From: Callorhinchus milii
Taxonomy: Eukaryota
Assembly (NCBI RefSeq): GCF_018977255.1
Contig: NW_024704743.1
Span: 106,270,001 to 106,334,000, forward strand
Length of the DNA stretch: 64,000 bases
Reading direction: 5' to 3'
Part shown: positions 39,701 through 52,384 of the stretch, in pieces
How the letters are laid out: every line of letters begins with the position of its first letter
Position numbering within the stretch: position 1 is the first letter of the stretch
Notes under the pieces: generated by a model
Told to the model about the DNA's origin: nothing
What the model saw: only the letters and a program-made list of their open reading frames with translations
Database searches by the model: none
Made by a program: the position numbers and the translations under genes

Positions 39701-40066
39701 GGAGTCCTGTAGCTCAGTGGTTAGAGCCCCACAAACGAGAGACCTGGCTTTGATTCCCGGCAGGGCCAAACGTAGGGCAAGTTCCCTTACTCTACACACC
39801 TGTTTACCTAGCAATAAGTAAGAACCCGGTTATTTATCGACTGAAGGATCGCTTATCCGGGAGTAATAATTTGTTCAAAAAAAACTGACAATAAATGGGT
39901 CACTCAATCCACAACTGTTTGTGGACACTGCTGTGCGCCATTCACTGCCGCAGTTTGTCCACAAAATATACAGTCAATTCACTTTACAGTATATTCTGTG
40001 AAGCACTTTGAGACATCACAAACACGTGATAAGGTGCTATATCAAATGCAAGGATTATTATTATTA
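39701..40066 (+). mobile_element. tRNA-derived SINE, longer/older subfamily
   Basis: Same head (GGAGTCCTGTAGCTCAGTGG) and tail, plus an extra central segment CCTGTTTACCTAGCAATAAGTAAGAACCCGG. Confidence 0.88.
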
Positions 40067-41070
40067 CAATACATTATTCCAGCATTTCACAGTGATGCAC
40101 TGTCTAAGATAGGTTTACATTAGAGAAGTATGTTCTAAGCTTTATTACACCCACTTCTATTGCTACTGCCAGATGTCATCGCCTGAAGAATAAAACAGCA
40201 CAAAACAGATATGCAGTGTGGTGGCATCATACCTGGCTCACGCCCCCTGCTGTACAAATAGAACCAGCGCCACTCAAAGCCTAGCAATGGAGTTGTCTGC
40301 AGCCCAGCACTGATGCACTTAAATGGCTGAACTCTTGTTCAAGAGTCAAATCCATCAGCAGAACAAGAAGCAGTAAATAGGCACTCGGTAAATGTATATG
40401 GGTATAATAATATATATATATATACACACGCACACACACACAAGCTTAGTTTGATCACAGCAAGCAGCAGGGGTTGAGATGGTAGCCAATAAAATATAAT
40501 ACAACAATCAATCACTGGCAAAGAGAATATCTAAATTTTAGCGTGGGTGTGGAACGATCTCAGTGTATTTGTTGTACAATATAGCACAACATTGCCAGCT
40601 TTTGTTACCTTGAGACATAATGGATTCACGCCAAAATGACAAACAATGAAAAGATGTTATTGGCAATCAGAATTGAATAAAAATGTTACAAACCACAGCT
40701 AACTGGAATGTCACTGGAATATGTTGTTCTACAATGAAATGCTAAACAAATGGAAATGCTACATTTAAAAGTAGATTATTCCAAATTAGTTACTGTATTA
40801 GGGATTCAAATACAACATATGTAAATAATAATAATCTTTGCATTTGATGTAGTGTATGCAGTGATGTAATACTTCTCCAAAATTTCACATAGCACTTTAC
40901 AGGATTTTACTGTAGTTTGTAGCGACTGTGTAATTAGAGGTGAATGCGGCAGGCAATTTGTGCACAGCAATGTCCCACAGTAATAAAGTGAGTGACTAAT
41001 TGTATCTGGCGTCTAGGATATTGGTAGAAACTTCTCCCTTCTCGAATAGTATCTTGTGATCTTTAACATC

Positions 41071-41328
41071 CAACAACTTGCATTTATACAGCATCCTTCA
41101 CACGGGGTAGCGTCCCAGAGCACTTGAGTGGTGGAGTCTGATGCCGAGCTGGAGGGAGAGGTGATTGTAAGCACGATCAAAAAGGAAGGTCTTTAGGAGG
41201 GATTTGAAGGAGGGGAGGGAGGTGGGAAAGAGGAGGGATTGAGGGAGAGAGTTCCAGAGTTTCGGGGTGCAGTGACTGAAAACATGGCCACCGTGGTGGA
41301 GCAGATGGACAACAACAACTTGCACATA
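41071..41328 (-). mobile_element. L2 3' fragment
   Basis: CAACAACTTGCATTTATA...AAAAGGAAGGTCTTTAGGAGGGATTTGAAGG...GAGTTCCAGAGTTTCGGGG. Confidence 0.8.
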
Positions 41329-41329
41329 T

Positions 41330-41512
41330 ATAATAATAATAATCATTGCATTTGATATAGCGCTTTTCACGTCTTCTCGACGTCTCAAAGCACTTCACAG
41401 TATATGCTGTAAAGTGAATTGACTGTATATTTGTGGGCGAAACACGGTAGCCAATTGCGCACAGCAGTGTCCCACAAACAGTCGTGAATTGAAAATGACC
41501 AATTTATTATTA
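41330..41512 (-). mobile_element. 5'-truncated SINE copy, inverted relative to the 41580 copy
   Basis: Reverse complement of the SINE 3' half with a (TAA)n tail on +. Confidence 0.88.
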
Positions 41513-41579
41513 AATCTGAGAAAAATCCACTCTCAAAAAATCTGCTGTCTTTTCCATTCATAAAGTATGAGTTCATTTA

Positions 41580-41886
41580 GGAGTCCTGTAGCTCAGTGGT
41601 TAGAGCACTCGCTTTGCAAGTGAGAGACCTGAGTTCAATTCCAGGCAGGGCGAACCCTTGGGCAAGTTTCCTTACTCCACAAGTCTAATAATAATCCCTC
41701 CAAAAAGACAAAACAATAATAAATTGGTCATTTTCAATCCACGACTGTTTGTGGGACATTGCTGTGCGCAATTGGCTGCCGCGTTCGCCCACAAAAATAT
41801 AGTCAATTCAGTGTGTTCTGTGAAGCACTTTGGGACGTCCTCCCGACATGAAAAGCGCTATATCAAATGCAAAGATTATTATTATT
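41580..41886 (+). mobile_element. Young tRNA-derived SINE, full length
   Basis: Same sequence as the 8311 copy, with A/B boxes and (TTA)n tail. Confidence 0.92.
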
Positions 41887-42961
41887 AGAGATAAATCAAT
41901 ATCTCACTTGCCAGCATCTACTATTCTGCTTATTAGGTCTCTGGGACAAAGCTTTGGGCTCCTTTGAAACTATATTCAGTAATTGTGGCTTCTAAGGTGT
42001 ACATTAAACCTTCTGAATTTTAAAAACTTTTAAAATATAGCGCCCTCCATGCAGGGTAGCATCTTAGAGCTCTTAACAGTGTCAGGGGCTGATTCTGAAC
42101 CAGGAGGGGGGAGGTGGCTGTAAGCACGGTTAAGGGACAAACAGGGGGCCGAAGCCAGCTGAACAGATGCAGCTGGTGGTGGAGTAGGGGGTAAGCAGAT
42201 TGGTTAGGAGGGAGGTGACAGAATGTGAAAGGATTTGAAAACGAGTGAGAGGATATTGAAATCAACCTGAACAGGCAGATAGGACCTTAGTTTAAAGTCC
42301 CGTTTCAAGGGCCACACCCATTAAAGCAGTGTTCCTTCAGCATCAGCTAGACTATGAGCTCAAATTCTCACTTCGGGCTTCATTGCAAAACAGACTGCAA
42401 AAAAAACAAGTAATGATTGGTCATTTTCAGTGTTTAAAGCATTTATTTTCCCCAGTAAAAAGTTGTTCTTTTCCATTTGGAATAAATACACGTCTACACT
42501 TTAGAGTTACACTGTCCAACAATTAAGTGCCAGAAACAGTTTCTGATTTTTTTTGCCAAACATAAAAATTGCTTGCTGAAAAGTTAATGTATTTTTTTTG
42601 TTTACTCATTTGTGTGAAGTGTTAAATACACCATACAAAGCTCTTCTCATTCCAGTGCAGGTTCTTTAAAAAATCCCATTAAAGCATTACTTTTTTAATC
42701 AACGCTTTTTCTTGGTAAACCTCAAGCTTTCACAACAGGTTAAACATACACCAATAAAGTTGTGTCAATGATTTGAGTTTCAAATCCTGCTATCTAAATC
42801 TTTGTGTAGAAAACTGACAATACCAGATATCTTACATTTTGGCTTACAATTGTCCCTATTGTCATCAGAGTTTGTATAGCACTTTGGAAACATTTTAAAG
42901 TTGGCCTGAATTTGGCAGCTTGTTTTCCATTTTTTCTGACTTACGGTTTAATAACACTAAT

Positions 42962-43378
42962 TTAATAATCCTTACATTTGATATAGCACCTTATCACGTC
43001 GAGACATCTTAGTGTTTCAGAAGATCTTACTGTAAATTGGTAGTGACTTGTATTGGCAGGCAAGCACGACAGCAAATGCGCACACATTGTCCCTCAAACA
43101 GCCAGGAAGTGAATGACCAATTTTATTTTAGAGATCGTTGGTCAGGAAACCGGAAGAAACTCCCTTCTCTCTTTGAATAGCTCTATAGCATCTTTCATAT
43201 CCACCTAAACAGGCAGACAGGACCTCGTCCTTTAACAGCTCATCAAAAGGACACCACTTCTGATAATACAGCAGTCTCCCAGTACTGCACCTGTCAGAAT
43301 AGTCTGTAAATTTAGAGTCCTGATATTAGACTTTTGACAACCTTTTGACATAGAGGTGTTACCCCCTGAGCCAGGCTA
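42962..43378 (-). mobile_element. Old DeuSINE-like element
   Basis: Same motifs as the 14845 copy, from the tail to a head ending CTGAGCCA. Confidence 0.7.
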
Positions 43379-44559
43379 ACAGACCTATTGATCTATTGTG
43401 TACTGAGATAGTAAGTGTTAGAATGCAATTGATGATATTGGTGCAAAACAAAGTTCAGTTGTAATTCATTATATACCCCACCTCTTAGCAGAAAGGAGAA
43501 AAAGTATTATCCGATTAATTTTTCCTACCGTTTTCAGTGTTCTTCAACTTCAATTGTCTCCTGTGTGTATTCAGATCTCTTTAAAAAGATTACCATCTCC
43601 CTTTGTGTCTTTTAGAGATTTTTAACAAAAGCTTTTTGCAATTTTGCAAAAGAGATGATGAGAAATAGTTTGGAGATGGAATTATAGCCTGTTGAATCTA
43701 GAATGATCAGCCAATGCAGATTACATATGTATGCTTCAGCACTTTTCATTCAATATTAGATTCCTTTGCTTACCAATTCCCTCAGTTTAAAAGCAATTGT
43801 TTTGTTTCTGTAAAAAAGTTGAGCATGTTTTAAAGTATATGGATAAGACTCCTTTTAATATGTACTATAGATCCTGATGGGCTTGGTGGAAGGGGGAGGG
43901 GAGTGGGACGTAAAATAAGGTTTAATTTCAGTAGTGAGAAGACATCAACAGCAGTTTAATGCTAGTTCAGATAACTGGACTTGGTACTTGTACTGTTAAA
44001 TTAACCAAACCGAAAAGTTTATTTTAAGCCGACACCACTCAACAACAAATATTGTAAATGGATACCTGAGGGATGTAATTATTTTCTATTTTAGGAAAAT
44101 GAATCATCTTTTTTTTTACAAACACATCACCACAATGATACCAATAACAGTAAGGCAAATCAGGCACATTATATAATCTTGCAAAAAGTAATGGGATAAT
44201 GAAGGCAGCCACATAATCATGAAACATGATGACTGACCAAAAACAACACATACCAAATCACTATTTCATTTTACAAAGATGTTTCAGAATTAAGAACAAA
44301 ATAGCATGAAAAAGTCCTATGAATACAATGTATATTTACAATTAAGAGTCACGGTTAGAACAATTTGACTTTCATTTCTGATCGCAAAACAAGATACAGA
44401 TAGGTTAATGAACATCTGGGATACAATACAAAAAACATTAATTGAAGGGGTTTGGTATCAAAAGCTCAAAACCAACTTGGGTTCATATACACCTGAGCAA
44501 TCCATTCCAGACCAATTAGTCATTTGATATAAAATCTAAAGAAAAGATCCTTTCAACTT

Positions 44560-44935
44560 TTTGCCAATTGTTTCTCCCTTATTCTCCTAAAAGTGCTATT
44601 TATTTCTGAAGTATTATTTCACAGGTTCCAGGAGCCCTGTGATATTATACAAATGGCTACGTTTTGCGTGTGATCCAAGCCAGTGTTGGCAGGCTATTTG
44701 ACCGTTGAGGACATCACACCTAACGGCTGCACATGAGCACCTTCCCAGCATGGATCACTATTTAATGATCGGGAGCTGGAACCCTTTCTGCTTATTTCTC
44801 TCCCCAGTCCAGACTCTTAAGACCAATAGCAGCACCTCAACTATTGGTCCAGTTGAGATTAGCTAATATCATGGACTGGAATCGAACTTGAGATCTTCAG
44901 GTCTGTATGGCTTTGAGTTGAACTCAGCCACATCT
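44560..44935 (-). mobile_element. Ancient AmnSINE2-like tRNA SINE
   Basis: Reverse reads GCCATACAGACCTGAAGATCTCAAGTTCGATTCC...TTAGCTAATCTCAAC...GTGATGTCCTCAACGGTCAAATAGCCTGCCAACAC...AATTGGC. Confidence 0.65.
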
Positions 44936-47900
44936 TAATCCAGTAGATAATTTGAGGGGGAAAGGGGGAAACCCTTGACTGTATGTTTAAAGGTCGAGAC
45001 AAACAAATATTTATTAGACTATACAGGTCAGAATGATGGATTCACAATTAATGAATTAAGAAAAAAAAAAGATGCTTTGGTTCACATTCTGATATCAGAA
45101 CTTTAAAAAATATATATTTGATTATTACACAAGCTAGGTGATTTGCTTCATTACTGCAGAACAATGTTTAGGCTTTAAACAATTTGGTTAAAAATAGCAG
45201 CATCATTGAACAAAAATGACCGATACGTGTGGGATAATTTGCTTCCTCTAGAAATAAAACCTGCTCATAAAGAACAATAGAACAAAACATGGAAATTGTC
45301 ACATATGGAACTAACAATTTACAAATGTCCTTCCAGCCATATTATTTTTTGTAGTACAGTAAGCACTTTATTACTCCAGTATTCCTCATCATTTAAGGAT
45401 TGAAAGTGATACTAACAACAGCTATTAGATAACGTAAAAACAAACTATGGCAAGAAGGGATTTGTGGACATGTGTTCAGTTTTCACTTTGTTTAAAGGTA
45501 AGATTTTTCAAGTACAGGAAGCACCATGGAATCCTACAAATCAGTTTCATGCACGCTTTGACACTGCATAAAAGTAGGGACTTGTACTATGAATATATTT
45601 GTGCTGTGAGAGGTACAACATAATCATTACCTTCGCTCATTGTGCCCCAATTCCACTCAGACACAAGATTCTTGATTTGAATATCACAAGAGATTCAGGT
45701 GATGGAAGACCTTTCATCTCATTTACAATACAATTTACATTTAAATAGCACCTTTCATATCAGGAGGATCTCATCTCCAAGAATCCAACCCCACTCTTCT
45801 CATTACAGGATCCAGCCAATTTTAAAACAAGTCCAATGTCAATGGCCAAGTCTCAACTAACTTCCTGGTAACCTGTTTTAGCTTTTGATTACAATCTGTG
45901 TAAATAAATGCTTCTTTTGTCCATTATTGCAGGACATCACTTTCTGGGAGTTCCAGTATTACCCAGTTAGCAGGAAGAAAACTCTTTCATCCCATCACCT
46001 TACTGGTTAGATCCTCATTTGAGGCTTTCAAACGAGTACAATATTTATTTTGACATTATTGAACTTCACTCACGGAAATTAGGATGGACGGCACATGCAT
46101 CTCACAGTACAAAAATGGTGGAAGGAACAGATGGATACAGTCTAGTACTTAATATTGCCCACTTCATAAAGAACTCAAGTTTTCTAAATAGCAAATCAGC
46201 ATGATTAAATTTGATGAGTGCCAAAATGAACAAGAGTTCTGAACCGTGTAGAAAGAGGGAGAAAGGAGGCTAAACTGAGGACATCACACTTAAATATCAT
46301 TTGGATGAGATGTTAAAACAAAGGACCTACCACCTGCCTGTTTTCAGACAGATGATAAAGATACTATAACTATCGAAAAGGAGAACTTTGGAGCTGCAGA
46401 GCAGTCATTGGGGGAAGGAGGGGGGGCAGCAGGAATTCTTCCCTCTCAGCTTCAGTAGGAGAGTCCTGGAGTTTAGGCACTGCCTGGCAAGAACCAAAGT
46501 TTAGAGACCCAGAGTGTGCATTGGGGTACTGCCAGAGTTTAATCAGTTAAAACTGTAGTTCATCATAATCCTCTAGATTAGTTGGTCATACACCTCATGA
46601 GAAATTGTGGGACCCTATTGGCCAACTGCCATTTGTACTTATGAAAACAGTCACCACACTAGATTGTAACTACTTAAGGAGGAATTTGACAAGATATTGT
46701 ACAATAACAATTCAAGTTCTTTTTAGCTGCACATCACAAGTGGCTTATTTGTGGGGTGTATGTGGTGGTGGTGGGGGGGGGGGGGGGGGGAGAGGGAAAA
46801 AGCAACAGAATAAATTTGACAAATGTGTATTCTCTCCCAAGCCCACAAGCCCCACCCTACACATTACAGCTCTGGTCCTGAATATCATTCAGAGACTTAC
46901 ACCATTCTTCTGGAGGCTGAGATTGTGCTTTTTTATCTCTTCAATTAAATGCCTTACCTTAAAAAAATTATATTTAATAACAATACGGATAGAAATAACT
47001 AACATGTTTGGAAGAGCTTTTGATTTTGCTGCTAAAATCCGTTTTTCAGCAAAGGAGAAACAGTTCATCAATCTGTAAATATAGATCAACTCAAGACTGA
47101 TTTTTGCTCAGTGGGCTATCTGACACCTATCACTGTACTTAAGTGTCCAAACCAATTACTGAGCCCCACATATGTATGGAAATTTCTGAACGTCTGAGGT
47201 GGAGTGTGGTCTCTCCCTCCCAGAGGGACACAACCTGCTTAATTAATCCCAGAATCGAATTGCCATAAACCAAATGGGAAATCTTATAGTTGAGAGTAGA
47301 AGTTGGCTAAGAATACAGAATGGCAAATTGAAAAGCTCGCTTTTCAAAAATAAAAACAAGTCACACTGAAAACTTTCACCATCATTAATAATTTCCTTGA
47401 GAAGGACTAGAATAAAGCATTCCTGTTTAAACATATGTGTGTAAACCCAAAAATATTGGACAAGTTAGAACTTCACTAGCTACTTGGTGTTTAGCAAACT
47501 TATTGGGACAGGATTATTTGTTTTGCCAACTTTTTTATAGAATTAATAAGTTGCCCTTAAAGGCAAATTATGCAAATGAACAGCAAGCAACTAAAAATAC
47601 ATAAAATACTGTGGAATGCTGCTTTGGGTTACAACTTAATAATGGAGTATGTCCAGGTATCAAAATGGGGTTAGTTATTTTTCAAAACCTTTCAGAACTA
47701 TTTAATTTGTTTTATATGTTGTATTTTAGTGCATTCATTTTGTCCAGTTTCACTTTTGGAGGTATGAAACCTATTTCCTCCCACCTTTCCCTCCCCAAAA
47801 CAATGACAGGGTTAGCCAAGTCATGCTAAAAAGAATCTGATCTTGGGCTTCTGCCAATGCTGTTCTTCAAGTGCTGGTAGGCAACATACCATCGATGGCT

Positions 47901-48310
47901 TTCCAATTTTCGCTGCGCCTTCCCTCGCTACCCCTGCCTTGTGGGGAGATGCCAGGCTTCTGTCGAGCATCTCTACAGAATGTCTAACATCAGAAACGTG
48001 ATCAAACCTGGGTGTCTCCACTCTCTGGTACCCGTACTGCGGTGACCCAACGGTGACCCAACGTGATGCGCCATCTTTCACGTTTAAACAGGTTAGGAAA
48101 TATCAAGTAACAAGATTAATATTGGTCCAGAAGACTTTTCCAACAAAATAATTTTAATATACAACAGGAGACATTATTCAGTACTTGTACTCTTGGAAAC
48201 AATTATGTGCAATTTCTGATCTCTTCACATTAGTCTATCAATGTAGATATTTGAGAATGAAAAAATAAGTAAAAAAATGTTCACTACAATATGCTGTCAA
48301 CTGTAAAGAG

Positions 48311-48415
48311 TCATTCATCATTTTGATTCCAGTAGACGCGTTCTGAAAGGGCTCGGAATATATTTCCTGGTATTATTTGATGTTGGTCTATTAAGCCCTG
48401 CACAGCTTGCTTTGC
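48311..48415 (-). CDS. TMEM68: TMEM68 terminal coding exon
   Basis: TTCCTAG|GCA, AKQAVQGLIDQHQIIPGNIFRALSERVYWNQNDE*. The six exons sum to 990 nt (329 aa plus stop) in one frame. Confidence 0.92.
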   Translation of the reverse strand, partial: AKQAVQGLIDQHQIIPGNIFRALSERVYWNQNDE

Positions 48416-48952
48416 CTAGGAAAGTGAAAGGACAAAAGGATAAAATTACACATGAGCATTACAAATTATTTGAAAATCATGACAACAAGTGTTTTACTTA
48501 TTGCCTTGGCAAATGTAGTTTGTATATTGCCCTAGAATTAGTCTCTTCTGTCCCTGCCAACAATATTTTTCTGTACTCTATGCCCCCATAATAATAGTTA
48601 CATTTGTATGGCACCTTTCATGTTGGGAGGACGTCCCAAAGCACTTTGCAGAATAAAATGTAAATTGCAGAAACTGTTTTGTGGGCCCATGTATCCATTT
48701 CCAAATTGGGCAGGTTGCCTGTTCCTGGAACTTTCAGCTCTGCTAATTTTCAATTACTCAGTTCGATCCATGCACAGATTAATTACGCCTTGTGAAACAT
48801 TATAGGAACAAGCCAGGACCCTAGTAGAAATTGGCAGTGCTTGTCAAAGGGTTGCTTCAAGTCCAGAGAGATACAGGAAATACATTTGTAGTAAGTTTAA
48901 TTTAATGAGATGCAACTGTATGACTTTCTTTGTAAACAGAAAAATAAATTAC

Positions 48953-49092
48953 CTTTTCAGCCAGTTCAGCAGCAGTTATGTTGGGTTCATAAGGAATAGG
49001 ATCTCCCAAATAGGTGCAAAATTTTACAGGAAAACCTCCATAAATAGGAACAAATGGCCACTTAAATTTTTCATATAACCACTTAAATATTC
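48953..49092 (-). CDS. TMEM68: TMEM68 coding exon 5
   Basis: AACAG|GA...AAG|GTAATT, 140 nt, IFKWLYEKFKWPFVPIYGGFPVKFCTYLGDPIPYEPNITAAELAEK. Confidence 0.94.
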
Positions 49093-50061
49093 CTGTTGAT
49101 TAAATTAGACAAGTGAAAGAGCTATGGTGCTGGTTACGATAAAACATTATGCTCAGCCAACTTAAGCAACAATTTGATAAGTGAAGTTAGTTTGATGCGC
49201 ACTGAAAAAGCACTTGACAATATCTTATTGAAAAACTGCCTAAACTAGACTGATTAGCAAGTGTGATCTAAGTATTTCTCCATTTATCCCAGTAAAAAAT
49301 CTCTCCCATTTATGCTTTCAATGGACTCAAATGTCTATTCAAAGCTGCAACCTGTTGCATTAACCATGATATCAATGACATTTATGGCTGTTTTATTCTA
49401 TGTGTTGTTGGTAGTTTTCAAAAATCAGAAAGCCATGTTATAAACTGCAACTAGTTTATATCAAAGCAGTCTGGCCAAGAATGTTTTATGAAGCAAATGG
49501 TATTGAAAAATCAATTTTAACATTGTCGGTCGTCATTTAAAAAAACTGAAAAAAAATATTTATCTTTAATAGAGTGATATTTCCCTTCCTCCCATGGTTA
49601 ATGTTTATGTCTTCCTTGGGCAGCAATGCATCTGAGTTTATACTCAATTTATAATTGGTAGATTCCTAGTAGTGACAATGAAACAGTCTTGGGACTTTAA
49701 GGTCAATGACCAAATTAAAGAAGATCAATCCTTTAAAATAACGCCCTGTGATATATTTGTGTCTTAACATGGATTGTGACAGGGGCTTCAGATATATCAG
49801 TGAAATGATGTGATACACTGCTAGAAATCACCAATGGAGAAATTAAAAGGCAAATAAACGAGTAGTGGATCATTAGATTGTGTCTTTGAGATACTCACAC
49901 TAGGCACTTTAATGTGAATTTCAGTAACTAACAGTACCTTGAAGGGCATAGCTAATGGTTAAAATGGAAATCAACTATTATTCTCAATATCATACAATAC
50001 AAAAACAGAAGCCACTGGGAACACTCAGCAGGTCAGGCAGCATCGATGGAGAAAGAAAACT

Positions 50062-50100
50062 GAGTCAACGTTTCGGATCCACGACCCTTCGTCAGAACCC
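50062..50100 (-). ncRNA. Candidate minimal type I hammerhead ribozyme motif (TMEM68 sense strand, intronic)
   Basis: Minus strand reads GGGTT-CTGACGA-A-GGGTC(GTG)GATCC-GAAA-CG-TT-GACTC. Confidence 0.5.
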
Positions 50101-50109
50101 GAAACATTG

Positions 50110-50440
50110 TGGAGTCCTGTAGCTCAGTGGTTAGAGCACTCGCTTTGCAAGTGAGAGACCTGAGTTCAATTCCAGGCAGAGGGCGAAACCTTGGGCAAGT
50201 TTCCTTACTCCACACAGAGCCTAATAATAATCCCTCCAAAACAAAAAACAATAATAAATTGGTCATTTTCAATCTACGACTGTTTGTGGGACATTGCTGT
50301 GCGCAATTGGCTGCCGCGTTCGCTCACAAATATACAGTCAATTCACTTTACAGTGTGTTCTGTGAAGCGCTTTGGGACGTCCTCCCGACGTGAAAAGCGC
50401 TATATCAAATGCAAGGATTATTATTATTATTATTATTATT
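50110..50440 (+). mobile_element. Young tRNA-derived SINE inserted into a palindromic repeat (TMEM68 intron)
   Basis: Same family, with a longer (TTA)n tail. It interrupts the host sequence CCGAAACATTGACTC, with a probable ATTG duplication. Confidence 0.92.
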
Positions 50441-50587
50441 GACTCACTATCCTTTCTCCACCAATGCTGCCTGACCTGCTGAGTGTTCTCAGCAACTTCA
50501 GTTTTTTTCTTTCAGATTTCCAGCATCTGTAGTATCTTGCGTTTTGATCATACAATACACTTTAGTTAACAAAAATGAAATACTTAC

Positions 50588-50648
50588 CAAAACCTCCAAA
50601 AATCCTAAATCCTTCTCGAATATTCCGTGTAAACATAGGAATAATGGG
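50588..50648 (-). CDS. TMEM68: TMEM68 coding exon 4
   Basis: CTTTTAG|CCC...TTTG|GTAAGT, 61 nt, PIIPMFTRNIREGFRIFGGF; read manually, absent from the ORF track. Confidence 0.93.
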
Positions 50649-52190
50649 CTAAAAGATGATAGAAACCCATTTAAATACACATTATAAACTTTGCAACTTA
50701 CATTTAAAAACTTTCGAGAACAAGTATGTCAATCAATTAACAGACAAGTGCTTGAAAAGGTGATTCACCCAATTCTGTATCTTAACAGAGGCAAGTCAAC
50801 AGTTTATAGCTGATCAGAAGGAGATCAGGCTGCATCTCCAACCACTAACTATCGTGTCCTATAGTCTAGTCAGAACACATTAGGAGCTTGACAGCAGTAA
50901 TATACTAATTTTATTTGCGTTTCAGTTTTACTACTTAGATTATGTTGCCATAAAAGACCACATGCTTTAAAGAGGTAGGGCTTCAATTTGTTCAACAAAA
51001 TGGTTGCCTCAAGAGAAATAGATGCACTCAGCTATTCAGACTCATAAATACATTTTTATTCATCTGCAAAGCATTTAAAAAGAACTAATTGCAATGTCCC
51101 ACTTATTGAGCACAAATTGTGCACAGTATTTAGGTACCAATCTAACTGCATGTGTAAATTATCAGTTTAGTAAGGTCACATGATGGAATGGACCTGATTC
51201 ATACGATGACATACATGGTCTGTAATGCAATATAAAAGCACGTGTTACATTGGTGAAAATATACTCAGAATTCACACTAGGTTTCAAGACATCACTCTCA
51301 GTGCAACCTTATTGTTCCCCTCATCCCTGCTGGCAATAAAATAACAACAACTTGCACTTATACAGTGCCCTCCACGCAGGGTAGCATCTCAGAGCACTTA
51401 ATAAATCTTTGTGAAGACCGAAAGCTTTCACACGAATGTGAAATTTGTCAGGATTCATCATTCACTTTTCTAACCAAATATGAACAGTGTTATCAGTTTT
51501 GGACATTTTTGCTGTTCAAAATGGCTACGCCTTACATATGTTCACTATCACTTGTGGGAGGACTGGACCACTACATGTATGTAGGAATATGTTCCCTTAT
51601 TAACATTTTATCCAATCACTTAATGGGATATACAGCCATGGATGTGGAGGGGGGAGGTTGTGGAGGAGGAGGAAGAGGAAAGATTAGATCCATCTTGTAC
51701 TACACAAAAAAAAAAGGACTTTTCTCTACTGGCCAATGCACCAAATCACTCTTGACAGAAGAATCCAGTCAATCACATGCTCACTCTTAGAATGGAAAGG
51801 AGGGGCATGCGACACTAACAAATGTAATAACGAGCCTAGAATTTGATACAGCACCTTTCACATTGGGAAGACATCTCAAAGCACTTCACACACTGCTTCC
51901 TGTAATGCAGTGACTAGTATTTTGTAGGCAAGCAGTTGCAAGTTGGGGTTAACTTAAAGTGCCTTGCAACATAATCTGCATTTTCTGCAGGGAATCTCAA
52001 GTACCACAGAACTTTGTATCAAGAAATATTGGCATCGAGTTGGCATGATACACAAAGTTCCGTGCTGCAAGCACTCTTTTTCTGACAGCCAATACATTTG
52101 CTGATTTCAAGATAACTCTACAATAAACTTAAGCTTAAAAAGTATTCAATAATACATTTACTACAAAAAGTGCTGCTTAACTTCACTTAC

Positions 52191-52384
52191 CACTTGGGCA
52201 TCAATTGCCACTTGAGCAAATCCTTTCCGATTACTCCAAAAGATGCCATAAGTCTCATCACTAAAGAGTGCTTCACGTACACCTCCAGGTGAGATGGCCA
52301 ACAAGTGACCATTTTTCAATGCTTTAACACACTCCTCTTGTGGACCATGCATAACGCTAAAAACCTCCAACAATAACTTAAAGC
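52191..52384 (-). CDS. TMEM68: TMEM68 coding exon 3
   Basis: GTTCAG|GC...GTG|GTAAGT, 194 nt, GFKLLLEVFSVMHGPQEECV...LLAISPGGVREALFSDETY...GFAQVAIDAQV. Confidence 0.95.

Larger units (their letters stand above)
49995..50545. mobile_element. Palindromic Penelope-derived/MITE-like repeat, split by a SINE
   Basis: Left arm GGGAACACTCAGCAGGTCAGGCAGCATCGATGGAGAAAG is the reverse complement of the right arm CTTTCTCCACCAATGCTGCCTGACCTGCTGAGTGTTCTC. Confidence 0.75.

Noticed and set aside
48080..48105. U12-type branch point and AC acceptor (TTCCTAAC...AAAC) on the minus strand
   Set aside because: Imperfect branch consensus, and no matching ATATCCTT/GTATCCTT donor seen in the nearby upstream sequence.
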